This document shows, piece after piece, positions 1 through 11,818 of a stretch of 64,000 nucleotides of DNA. A program made the position numbers and the translations under genes. The notes beneath the pieces are model-generated. The model ran no database searches. It worked only from the letters and a program-made list of their open reading frames with translations, and had not been told where the DNA came from. Every line of letters begins with the position of its first letter. Positions within the stretch are counted from its first letter, which is position 1. The DNA comes from Pseudovirgaria hyperparasitica (Eukaryota), in the NCBI GenBank assembly GCA_010093815.1, contig ML996566.1, one strand, 5' to 3'.

Positions 1-3000
1 AGGCAGCTGAGGTCTCCGAAATTACGGTCTTGCGTTCTTGAGCAAGTCGAGCATCTTGTCGGACACAAAGAAGACAATCGAAATACAGACGGCAAGCGGC
101 CACCAACATCACCAGCTAAGAATCCCACTCCGAAACGGCGAAGAACATTGCACAACGCAGAGCTTCCAGAAGTCTCGGACGCTGTGACAGAGGGCGTCCT
201 GGAGAAGAGTGCAGTGATCCAAAGCGTCATTGGTAAGAGAAAGGATGCACGGCGAGGGTTGGAAAATAATGTGGCAGACCCAAATATACTGGCCAAGCGT
301 CACATACTACGGCCTCGTAATCCAACGCCAAGTCAAAAACGGCGTGACGAAATACAAGCAGAAGTACTTGAAGCTACTGAAGCATTCCTGCAAAGCTCTC
401 CCACACAGCTTCAGGCGATCTGCGAAGACATAGATGCGTCAGAGCTGCAGGGTAGTGGCTCAGACCAGATTACCGCAGTAGCTGTGGCTAATGAAGTCGC
501 TTCCTTTACGCTGAACGTACAGGCCGCAAATGACAATTGTCGAAAACGCTCGGTGACTACTCAGGACTTTCTGGATGAGGCTATGCAGATCATGGAATTC
601 ATTCGTACTAAAGGCAGGCCGATGAGTGGCCTGGGAAGCCTTGAAGAGTCCGAGTCCGAACATGCAGGTGACGACGGAACAGAGCTGAAGATGCCAGGCT
701 CGCCGCTGACATTCTCCCGACCTGCCAGCCGGAATGGACCTCAAGGTGCATGGCGAAATCCTCAAGCACATGTATATGACCAACACACTCTTAGTCACCT
801 GCGCAGGTACAAAGAAGGAAGTTCCGAATTCATGCCGGCTTCAATCCAGTCCTTTCAGAATCAAGGAAACAACTCCAACACAACCCAGGAGAACACTCTA
901 GAGAATATTCAGCAAGGCAACATCAGAATACGCGAACCCTTGAAATCACAGGGCGCCCACGAATCTGGGGTCTTAACACAGAATTCGCAGTCATTTCAGA
1001 ATACTGTGCCATCATATGATTCCTCGGCGGGTGGTAGGAGTGTTGCTACAACCACTTCCAAGCGGTCTGAGATGGTCGCGACGCTTGCACCACAAGCAGT
1101 CGCACATCTCATTCCGGAAGAAGTAGCAGGTATGACATACGACAGAGAGCGCGGCGTATGGGTCAAGAAGAGAACACATGCTACAGAAAGACCCAGCGAG
1201 GTTAGCATAGAAAGCGAGGAAGACCCGTTCAAGAACATACCTGATTTGACAGTCGATGAAATCAGAGAGATACAAAACGTTTCAGGCAGTAGACCTGACG
1301 ACCTGAGATTTCTATCTGGTGTGTCCGGTAAAGACTTCATACATTCCTCGACCGAGGATGCGTCACAAGAGGAAAGTCGAGTCCAGACGATACGCGCGGT
1401 CCATGTCGCCCTTTCAGCGTCGTCCAGCACCGTCAACTCCAAGCCTGTCTTTTTTTCGTCCAGCACAGACCCAATCGAGACACGAGCCACGTCGTGGAGT
1501 GAACAAGAAATGATCAATCAAGCTCGCAAGCAGGCCGGGGCGCTACCAATGGACCCAACGTATAACGTTCGCACGGAAGATTTTGAGCACGAGATTCGCA
1601 TAGACGAAGGCCGGAACGAGTCTCCGAGGCGTATGAACGGACAAAGGCTTCGGGACGTAACAATCACTTTTACCTCGCCAGTCGTCTCTCAAATTCCGAC
1701 TAACAGCTATCTTGCACCGGAAAGTGAACGGAGAAATCGCTTTGGCCTATCGCAGCACTACAAGCAGGCCTCGGCTCAAACACTTACTCGCAAGTCCTTC
1801 AACCATATCCAGAGACAATGCGAACCTATGCCCGCAGAAGACGGATATAGCGAAGTGTCTTTTCTTGCTGATCGATCGGATCCTCGTCGAACTTTGTTCT
1901 CGCTTAATGTTTCCAATACTCTTGCTCGTCGTCAGCATGCTTTAATGCCCCCTCCCAGTTCACCTAGCCGAGCAGATGTCACGTTCTTGCTTAGTGATCT
2001 TCCGGAGTTCTCTTTAAATCAGGTCGATGAGAGGGAGTTGCCAGACCGAATGATTGTTCAAAGAGGTGGTAAAGCTGTCGTCGAAGATCGTTTTGCTCAG
2101 GGAACAGCGGAATTGGTCAAGGCACTTCAAGATGTCGAACCAGAAGAGCCATTTTGGGAAGATTTGCGAGCTGTCAACCTAGCTGGAAAGGGCCTACCCA
2201 ATTTACATCGTCTAGATGCCTTCTGTTGGTCACTAGAAGATGTTGATGTGTCCGATAACGCCATCAACCACCTGAACGGTGTTCCTCGGACGGTACGACG
2301 CTTCTGCATCCGGAACAATTGCCTCTCTGGGCTCTCTTCGTGGGGCCACTTGACCAATCTACAGTGTCTGGACGTAAGCGGCAACGACATCGACAATCTC
2401 AAAGGGCTGTCTTCATTGTTTCACCTTCGCGAGCTGATCGTAGATGATAATCGCATAGAAAACCTAGATGGTATACTGAACTTAGATGGTCTAATCAAAC
2501 TCAGTGCTCGGCGCAATAGAATCACATCAGTGGATTTGGAGTCATCCAATCTGTAAGTTCTCCTTTGGTCCTGTTAAGTAGCGTACCATTAATACTTGCA
2601 GAAAATGTCTGGCTGAGCTTGATCTAAGCGTCAATCAAATCCAACACGTAAGAGGCCTCGAATCTGTACCTCGTCTGCGTCATCTTAACCTTGGTAAACA
2701 TTTGCAACCCATTTGATCTCACATAAATATGCTAACTCTCTCAAAGATGATAACAAGCTCGTGACACTTCCATGCGACATAGAAGATGCACGTCCGTGTA
2801 CCGTACTGAAAAGTCTCAGTATCTGCCGAAACCAATTAAAGTCCTTGATCGTAGAGGGAATCTTTCCGCATCTGAAATGCTTATATGCCGATGGCAACCG
2901 ACTTAGTCGAGTCGAAGGCGTCGAGCGGTTGCAATATCTACAGTCCTTCTCTTTGCGATCACAGCGACCTCATACCATCTGCGCTCCCTCCTCCACCTCA

Positions 3001-3687
3001 CCAACAGCATCCATCAACCTATTATCTCCGCCTCCAGACCTCTCCGCCCTCGCTCTCTCCGCGAACATCATTCCCGTCCTAGATATGCCTAGCCCCTTCC
3101 TCATGCTCCAACGTCTAGAACTTTCGTCATGTGGTCTCAACGCTTTACCTTCCACCTTCTCAAAGACAGTGCCCAACGTCCGATATCTCAACGTCAACAC
3201 GAACGGTCTCAAAGATCTCAGTCCACTCCTGAATACCAAAGCTCTCGCGGAACTGCACGTTGCAGGCAATCGCCTTTCGCGTCTACGAAAGACGATGGCG
3301 GTTCTCGCTCGCCTAAGCCACCTCAGGACGCTCGACTTGCGTAACAACCCGATAACTGTTGGCTTCTATCCTACGAGCATTGAAACACATCTTGTCACGA
3401 CCAAGTCTATGGCTCTCGATCAACCAGTGAACATGGAGCCATTCGTCTTACCCAATGCCGATGCAGAAAGCGAGGCTAGCCATCGGCTTCGACTAGATGA
3501 GGATACACGTCTGCGGAGACGAGTGTATGATATGCTGCTTGGAAACAGCTGTACAAAGTTAGCAGTCTTGGATGGCCTAAGATTTGACGCTGGAGCAGCG
3601 CTGGCGAAGGATGAAGTTTTTGAAAGGCTGAGGCTGTTAGGCGTATTGAAGCGGTCCATGAAAGCAGAAGATGATAGCAGTGATTAA
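1..3687 (+). CDS. Septation/mitotic-exit network scaffold, Nud1/Cdc11/SepK family leucine-rich-repeat protein (5' truncated by window)
   Basis: Frame open from base 1. Long low-complexity N-terminus, then many LRRs (LEDVDVSDNAI, LQCLDVSGNDI, LRTLDLRNNPIT). Introns 2553-2601 and 2694-2746 join the 802-aa and 324-aa ORFs through an LRR exon (KCLAELDLSVNQIQHVRGLESVPRLRHLNL). Confidence 0.8.
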
Positions 3688-4567
3688 GGGATGCCGGGCG
3701 TCCTGACTTTGTCACCTTTTCAAGTTTTACTGTTCGGCGTTGAGTGCATGCGTGGAGGGTTAATCATTGTTTGACGATTGCATTACTGGGCGTACATCTG
3801 CATGATAATGAAGGGACTTAGCCCACGTTGTATATAGGCCTTTCCCGGTTACGTATTCTGTACCTAACGCCTCACGTTGACTTCCAGGCAGTGTCATGTC
3901 TGAGGAATACTGCAAACGTTTACTTTCACAACAAGTACTCCTGTCAACTGGGATTTCATCTAAAACAGCCCTACGATAGCACACAACGTCTCCTCTCCAC
4001 AGGCCTGACTGTTGTTTTGATGGCTCACTTCTCCACATGCGTCGTCCCAGCCTCTAACACTCACTTGAAAACTCCGGTCAATTAAGATGAATCAAAATTC
4101 GAAACGCGGAGGAGGCCGATAGGCAATAGAGTGAACCTAACCTTGGTCAGGTCATGGACTCTGTTTCACTTCGATGAATGCAGCTGTGATGTGACCGGCC
4201 TAATGGTGAAGAGGCAGAGGTAGGAAAATGATAGTGACGTCAGCCGCAATATTTATTACGGCTTGAACGAGACACTTAGTGGCTAATGCATTACAATGCG
4301 AAAGAAATGTAGCTTCTTATATAGTATCATTCTTAGCCGTCCGGTAAAAGATACAGGAGACTTTTGATTAGTTCAAGACTTTCCACTTTTAAAGAGTATA
4401 GGCAGTTGGGAACATTGTCGGCGTTTGACAACGAGGCTCTCTCTCTTCCGTGATAGCCACGCGAGTTAAAACTAAGTTGACGGACCTTACACTGTCTCAT
4501 CGTTTTGTTCGATCGAGCTCCCAGCCTAACAGTCAGGAGAAAGCCAAAGATATACCAATGGCACCTC

Positions 4568-6445
4568 TTACGAATACTCCTCTTCATCAAAATCGTCAAA
4601 AATCCAGTGCTCGGAGAGCCTCATTCGTTCCTCCTCAGACTCTGCTGCGTTAAACGCATCGGCCTTCAGCTTGGTTTCACGTTGTTTTGTCTCTTCATAC
4701 TGCTCTACGGGTACCCATCCCTCGGAACCGACGCCGATAACATCCCTACAAGTCTGCAGTTGCTCATCTGCCTCAATCTGTGCAGCATTCAAACGCTTAC
4801 ACTCGGTCACCTCGTCTTCTGTGAACGAAATTGGGCAAGGAGGTTTTAAGTCACCACTTGTGCTCGATTCTGGATGAGCAATGCTCGACCAGTTCTCCAT
4901 TAAGTAGATGAGGTCGGCTTTTAGCGTGACATTGTCGCCTTCCCATGGATAACTTGCATGATCAAAGATTTTGCGTCTCAGGACGCTGAACTCGTAGGCC
5001 AGGGCGTCATAGTGCGTCGAGTTTAGCTTTAACGTCATTGCGATATAGTAGAAGTGAAGTTGACGTCGGCGTAGCAGCACGACTTGCTCGTACTGATCTC
5101 TCTCGCTCAGTTCGTTGAAATTGGTTGGTAATTCAGGCTTTATAAGCGATTCCGAAACGTCGTCACCGTAATTCTGAAGACTGTTTGGAATACCGCACTG
5201 TAAGAAGAGCGGCAGGATTGTGGAGTGTTGCCAATCGATCAAACCGGTGATTTCCAGTTCATCAGAGACAAACACATTATTTGGTTGGAGATCGGGATGT
5301 CTTAGCGTTGGGCGAGCAAGGCTTTCGTTATGTGGAATGAGATGTGGCGCAACTCGCAGGTATCTGTTCAGACTATCAAGATGATCTATAGGTGATTGCT
5401 TTTGGTAATCGTAGATCTCTCGCCGCAGGCGCTGGAAAGGGTGAAGCGGCTGGCCAAACTTCGTCAAATATGCGATTTCCTTACTAGCCCCGGCTATGAG
5501 TGCCGCTGTTGGATCTGTATCTTTTGAATAGTCAATGGAGGTTGGAGCGGATGGTCTGTATGAAAGTGGGAAGGATTAGCACGTACATGGTCCACGATCA
5601 ACTTGAACATCGCCTCGTTTTCCATACCACAAGCCGAATCTTGTATCTGGGCCAACGCAAAAGTCGCTATCGCGTGCTAGGCTGACGTTAGGAACCTCAA
5701 CTTTATTGAACCCATCTTGTAAGTCTTTGGTGTAATATAGACTACCGCTTGCTGGAAACTGGAGAGCAAAGAGTCGAGACTCTTGCTCCACTAGCTTTGA
5801 GACAACAGTAATTCTAGCCTTCTCGGACAGGTCAAACCATATGTCACCCAAGTTTGTCCCCCGAATTAGCTCCATGAAGACATATTCGGTGCCAGCAGAG
5901 TTTTCTGACGTAGCCGAGTAACTGTAGATCTGGGGAACAGGTAAACCATGTGAACGGAGGAAGTCCATCGTCGCGACTTCGCTAGCTACGACGAGTTGTT
6001 TTGGTCCGGTAGTTAGATAAGGGATGCGTCCAACGAACTTGAAGCCGTCACGCATCGTAATTAGGAAGGTTCTGTTGAATCCACCTTCGGCCAATTTTTC
6101 AAAAGAAGCCACATCTTCTAAGTCCTGATTGACAGCTGCGGCCGCGAAGCGCTTGAGCTCTAATACATCAAAAACACGTCTTCGTTCAGAGTGCTTTGAG
6201 GCATCGTTCCAACTTCAGTTTACAATCAGTAATGAAAGCTGGCTGGGGCAGAAAGGGTCGACAAACATCCATCGGCCCGACGTATATTCGAAAAGATCAG
6301 CAGGTTGATCCATTGATCGGTGACCTATAGAATGAGTCCATCTCAAGCCGAGACTCCTGGCTCTTAGGGATCGTATTGCCCATGGAAAAGTATGGTAGAA
6401 GCGATTCGTAAATAAACGTTTACTTGAACCTCGACAGAGCGCCAT
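4568..6445 (-). CDS. AIM9-like / APH-family phosphotransferase (kinase-like fold), possibly mitochondrial
   Basis: Motifs FEYTSGRWIWN, KLAEGGFNR, ASEVATMDFLR, HPDLQPNNVFV and GLIDWQH. Introns 6266-6213 and 5586-5521 join three ORFs in frame. Arg-rich N-terminus; start codon uncertain. Confidence 0.8.
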
Positions 6446-6996
6446 GTTACAGTCGCGCAATACAGAGGCACAGTGTTAGAAAAGGCATATTTAAAGCGTA
6501 CTTCTCTATAGTATCACAATATACACGCCTTCGTGTCAATGAGCAGTATAACCAGTAAGTTACCTATTGATATACTTGGGTCTCTGCGCTACTCTAGGGC
6601 AGTCCATTAGTAGTGGTCGGGCGAGAATAAAACCAACCATAGAGTCTCTGAAGTCACGTAAAACGTAATGTTCGACATGACCATAATTGTCCAAGTGAAG
6701 CTTTAATAAGATAGATGGAGATACTAAGAGAATTATATAGGAGATCTATGAATATCTTAATGATTACTTGATAATTCAGAGATACCAAACGCGTGAATGC
6801 TCTCTCTCCGAAATTGTTTTTGCCCGACTGCTACTAACAGGCTGCCCTACTAAAGTAAACACGCTAGGCAGAAGTCTTCGAGTCAAGTCGCGACTCCGAC
6901 GCGTCTACTCAGCTCCACACAATTCGCTCTGACATTCTTATCATCCTCGGATTATTCCTTGAAGCCCGATTTGAGGCTCCGAGGCTATTGATAATT

Positions 6997-9837
6997 ATGT
7001 CTTATGCAGCATGGGACCCTAAGTCTACATCTTATTCCCAAAGTATACCACCGAAGACCATTATGAAGCCTTGGACTGATCCGTGTTTTGAAGTCATTTC
7101 AATAGTACCCACCTCATCTCCAGTGAAGCCCGATGACACAATGCCTTACCCCCTGAGCACTATATCTACCATACAAAATCCACAGCGTACGAATGAGCCC
7201 GCATCAGAATCCGGAAAACGCCAGCGTGGGTCTGCCAAATCTACACAGAGCAGCAAGAGACCCAAAGTCGAGATAGTAAGCCTGCTGAGTGACGACGAAA
7301 CTACAGTCTTCACAGATAGCAAGACGACTTTTGCAACGTCGAGAGACATTCCTGGCCCTAGACCTCGCACCCCAGCAGGTCAGCCTCAACCAACTCGAAC
7401 AGACATGCTTGCCCACTCTTCTGCACATTACAATAGTGGGGAACTATCGAGAAATGCGTCGCACGCTATGATTAGCACGGCCAAGGAGAATGAGGTCCCC
7501 GCAATTGCGAAGACTGGCAAGAGCCTTGTCATGGCTAATGACAGTGCTGTGAGACCACTAGATGCAAATCAACGTCGCATGCGCGCGCAGCTCCAATATC
7601 TTCAAGAGACCTCGCGTCAGCCATCGAGTTACACTGACTTCAATGCTGCACCTTACCCTTGCTACTCAGAAAGACTTCATGAGACTCCCGCATCTAGGCT
7701 CGGTGTGAAGTCAAATCCATACGCCTCGAGAACCTTACACGAGAGCACCATAGACTATCTTGACATGCCATTCTACAGCCCGATACCAGAGAAACATCAA
7801 TCCCTTCAGGGTGCACCACAGAGTGCTCATAACCCAGGAGGCTCTCCTGCCAAGGATGGCGCTCTGCGGCGTCCACACCAGTCAGAGAACCCATGTCCTA
7901 GGGATTCTACAATAGGGCATGTGCGTGGTCAAGACAGTACACTTTATCACCAACATCAGCTTCAGCGAAGTGAAAGTCCATATGCCGCTCATCAAGGTCC
8001 TCAGGAAGACAGGCAATGGGAAGACTACCAAGCACTCCCACGCTATGTCAAAGAGCTACTCCATTATCCCTATTCAGGCGATGATCTGCTGGCATTGTTG
8101 CGCCAGTCCCCCGATGTAATCCACGATATCTCACACTTGCTACCCAAAGAGCTCCTCTCCCTATCGAACGACCGCGAAGCCGTCGATGGAGCACCGACTT
8201 CTTGGGCGCAAAATCAAACGGCCACGACCGGAAACGCGGCACAGCCACCAGCGATAGTACCCATAGTAAAACCAGAGTTATGCGAAGAGCAGCGCAAGTT
8301 GAGAGATCTCATTCTCAGTGGCGTCAATGTGTTTTATACTGGTTCAGCTGGTTGCGGGAAATCCACAGTACTTCAATCGACTGTCGGAAAGCTTAAAGAT
8401 CAGGGGAAGCAGGTGGACATTATTGCCCCCACAGGCCGTGCTGCCCTTGCTGTCAACGGCTCGACGACGTGGACATACGCGGGTTGGACTCCAGATAGTC
8501 ATAAAAAAACACTCGATGAACTAAGGAGAAATGCACATGGCACTTTTGTGAAAAAACGCCTCACAGCTACTGATGTCTTGATCATTGACGAGATAAGTAT
8601 GGTAGAAAATCTACACTTCGAGCGTTTGAACGCGATCATGAAAGAAGCACGAGGAAACGACAGAGCCTTCGGGGGCGTACAGATTGTGGTAACTGGCGAT
8701 TTTTGCCAGTTGCCTCCCGTCAAACCGTTCCAGCATTGCATTGAATGTGGGCGCGAATTGATGCATAACACTGTAAAAGCTACATACAAATGTAGAAAAC
8801 ACGGCGAGTATAAGGACATCGATAAGTGGGCGTTCCGCAGCAAAGCCTGGGAAGAATGTCACTTCCACCACGTCAACCTAGAAAAGATCCATCGACAAAG
8901 CGACAAGGTCTTCATCACCATCCTTAACAAATGTCGAATGGGAGAGGTACTGAGTTCCGCCGACGAAGATCTGCTACTCAATCACGAATGTAACGTTGAA
9001 AATGCTGTTAAACTCTTCTCGACAAAGGATGAGGTCCGCAGAGTCAATCAGATAAACTTTGCGAAGCTTAAATCAAAGACGTACTTTTTTCCAGCCCTAG
9101 ATGACTTCAGGCACAATGCCGAGAAACATCGCCATCTAGAATGGAAGAAGGAACGATTGCCCGATGGCTCTTTGAAGGCTCTACAGGAACACCGCTTCGA
9201 CACCAAGGTATATCTCAAAGAAGGTATGTTGGTAGTGCTCCTAGTGAATCTCACTCTCGCCGAGGGACTAGTAAATGGGTCACAAGGCGTCGTCACTGGC
9301 TTTGAGCCCTACGACCCGGCCAAATTGCCCAAAGCTGTAGACCGGAGCGGACGACGGGACCAGGGCGGACCATCCCCGCTCACCACAGCCGGCGTCATCG
9401 GAGGTGATTATGCTAGTATCAAAGAGGAAATGGTCAAAAGATACATGTCCGACGGCCGGGGCCTGACGGCCAAAGTCTGGCCGATCGTGCAGTTCGACAA
9501 TGGCGTATCCAGGACCGTCTTTGCCGACTGTACCATCAACGAGCTTGGCGATGATAAACCGTACAGCCTCATGTCACGTACCCAGATACCGCTCACAGCT
9601 GCCTGGGCCATGAGCATCCACAAAAGCCAGGGCATGACTCTCAATCGAGTGACTGTGAATCTCGCGAAGTCGTTCGAGGAGGGACAGATGTATGTGGCAC
9701 TATCGCGTGCGAGGGGTCTTGACGGGTTAAAAGTGGAGGGTCTTGGTAGGACTATGGGCAAGGGGAACGCCCAAGTCAAGGAGTTTCTGTGGAAGGTGTT
9801 CAAGCTCGAAGTGTTGCGCGGGGGGTTAAATGAGTGA
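6997..9837 (+). CDS. PIF1-family (SF1B) 5'-3' DNA helicase with long disordered N-terminus
   Basis: Walker A GSAGCGKS, APTGRAA, IIDEISM, GDFCQLPPV, HRQSD, LVNGSQG, SIHKSQGMTL and YVALSRA. Apparently a single exon; first ATG at 6997. Confidence 0.9.
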   Translation: MSYAAWDPKSTSYSQSIPPKTIMKPWTDPCFEVISIVPTSSPVKPDDTMPYPLSTISTIQNPQRTNEPASESGKRQRGSAKSTQSSKRPKVEIVSLLSDDETTVFTDSKTTFATSRDIPGPRPRTPAGQPQPTRTDMLAHSSAHYNSGELSRNASHAMISTAKENEVPAIAKTGKSLVMANDSAVRPLDANQRRMRAQLQYLQETSRQPSSYTDFNAAPYPCYSERLHETPASRLGVKSNPYASRTLHESTIDYLDMPFYSPIPEKHQSLQGAPQSAHNPGGSPAKDGALRRPHQSENPCPRDSTIGHVRGQDSTLYHQHQLQRSESPYAAHQGPQEDRQWEDYQALPRYVKELLHYPYSGDDLLALLRQSPDVIHDISHLLPKELLSLSNDREAVDGAPTSWAQNQTATTGNAAQPPAIVPIVKPELCEEQRKLRDLILSGVNVFYTGSAGCGKSTVLQSTVGKLKDQGKQVDIIAPTGRAALAVNGSTTWTYAGWTPDSHKKTLDELRRNAHGTFVKKRLTATDVLIIDEISMVENLHFERLNAIMKEARGNDRAFGGVQIVVTGDFCQLPPVKPFQHCIECGRELMHNTVKATYKCRKHGEYKDIDKWAFRSKAWEECHFHHVNLEKIHRQSDKVFITILNKCRMGEVLSSADEDLLLNHECNVENAVKLFSTKDEVRRVNQINFAKLKSKTYFFPALDDFRHNAEKHRHLEWKKERLPDGSLKALQEHRFDTKVYLKEGMLVVLLVNLTLAEGLVNGSQGVVTGFEPYDPAKLPKAVDRSGRRDQGGPSPLTTAGVIGGDYASIKEEMVKRYMSDGRGLTAKVWPIVQFDNGVSRTVFADCTINELGDDKPYSLMSRTQIPLTAAWAMSIHKSQGMTLNRVTVNLAKSFEEGQMYVALSRARGLDGLKVEGLGRTMGKGNAQVKEFLWKVFKLEVLRGGLNE

Positions 9838-10693
9838 GGCTACGTCGAGTGACGAGTTGGGATGAGCTCTCTTTTCGGCAAATGCTTTATATTTCAGGGA
9901 TGCTTGTTTGAAGCGAATTTTCAGGGAAACCTTTGGAATATTTACGTGGCTTCGATATCGATGACACAAAAGCACCAGTCAACACCGATATCATACAACG
10001 AACGCGGTTCTCGATATTGCCGCACCGGTATAGGGCGATGGCATATCCGCTGTAGCAGCCATTTCAGGATTTGACATCAAACATAGTCGCGATATATCCG
10101 CTGAGCTATATCACTCGAATCCTTCTGGCCGTTTGAAACACGCTCGGTGGACGAGGGCAACGATTGCAATGTAGGCCTATGGGTCAGCTACGCTGGAGGG
10201 TGGAACTCGGTGCGATCATTTCTCAACATCGACGGAATGAAACATGGACTGGCTGATGACCACGAGGAGCGGACGACTGGATTTGGAAACGCTAGACTTG
10301 GGCGGTGTACTTTCTGCTTCGGGATTCCCAATATAGAGGTATCAGCAGCAGTAGATTTATCATCTGACGAAGTCATGCTGAACATCATGACGAAGTTAGT
10401 GAACCTCAAGTTGGGTGGGCTCCAGGTAGGTTCTAATCACTGACAAAGGCAGCGATTACAGCGAAGTGCCATGTGTAAACCACATTAGTGTGGCACGAGT
10501 ATGTGCATTTTGATTTCTTCTTGTTCATGGAGAAGACGCCTTCGACCGAGCTTCATGCTCTCCTATGCCTTCTTACTCTGCCCATGTCGCAGTGACATCC
10601 TTCTTCGTCGCATCGCATATATGGTTGCGGAGACCAGTCGCACGAATTCGCCGTCCTCTCGAACCCGAGTATCGATTCTACCCTGTGCTTCCC

Positions 10694-11354
10694 TCAACTA
10701 GCCTCAATCTCCTTCCCCTCTCCACTCCCACCACCTTGTCCCGCCAGCACCTTCTGTCTCAGGACATCCTCCACGACCCTCGAATTCTGCCCTTTCGCAT
10801 TGATCACGCCCTCCAACTCCTTCAGACTCGCCTCCAGGTCCTTGATCTTATCATTATAGAACTCGGTAGCATGCTTGGGCGACTTGGAGACGAAGAAGCC
10901 TGTACCGACATCGACCAGCAACTCCGGCTCGCTGCCGGTGCCCTCTAGGGAGAGCTCCGACGGGGCAATGTGCGAGAAGTGTCCGGGGACGTAGAGCGAG
11001 GAGGTAAGTGGGATGAGGTGGGGATGTGCTGTAAACCTTCTAGATTAGCTTTTTTTTTCTTTGGTGGCCAGACCTTTCGTTCTCCTGTGCATGTATCGGG
11101 CTTCCGTACCGGATTCTTTTTGGGCTTCTACTGTCTTTATGCTCTTCAGACAGTCTCGGAATCTTGATTGTGCGGTGCGTAGCGACTGGAAGGACGAGGT
11201 AAGGTGTTCGAGCTCGGAATCAAGCTGTTTTTTGAGTTGCGACAGCTGCTGTGCGCTCAACGAGGTCAGATCGACTAGTCACACGCATGTTAGAATAAGG
11301 TTGACAATCAGTCAGTGGTAAGGGCTCACTCTGTTGACCCTGCTGCGGAGACAT
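10694..11354 (-). CDS. GIM5: Prefoldin subunit 5 (alpha-type)
   Basis: Spliced MSPQQGQQ/IDLTSLSAQQLSQLKKQLDSELEHLTSSF.../..LIPLTSSLYVPG...LLVDVGTGFFV. Introns ~11329-11275 and 11109-11030. Confidence 0.92.
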
Positions 11355-11818
11355 GCTTGTAATCTCAACTAAAAGCGACAAGTTTGGAGAAGTTGTTCTG
11401 GTTGATGATAGAGAAATCATGCGTCTGAGCACAATAAGGGCCGCCCAAGTAACTTTCATCACCACCACACTGCCCTGTCTTGGGTCGGCTTAGTCCTTGC
11501 AACTCTAATCATCAACATGGGCTTTATCACGAATTTGCACATCAGAACAATTCATCTAGACCACGAAACTGCTTAATATATCACATTGAGGTTATTAAAA
11601 CTATCGACTGGTGCCAAACCACGGACTAGACCAGTAAAACGCCCTAGTCTGGCGACGAGCACAAACGCATTCCCTTCAAGCAACAAAGCGCCATGAAATA
11701 CACGTCCTCGAATGTCAAATCCTGCCAGTTCCCCTCATTCAGTCAAACTTCGTTGTCAAAGTCGTCCGGTCCGGACTCCGTGTGCTCCTTCCATGCACGC
11801 ATCGTGATCCTACTCTCT

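Noticed and set aside
4312..6516. Imperfect ~16-nt direct repeat (CTTCT..TATAGTATCA) flanking the APH-like gene, resembling an insertion scar
   Set aside because: Short, AT-rich and imperfect; no terminal inverted repeats or transposase.
10147..10443. 98-aa GTG-initiated ORF between PIF1 and GIM5
   Set aside because: No ATG start, no recognisable motif or splice structure.
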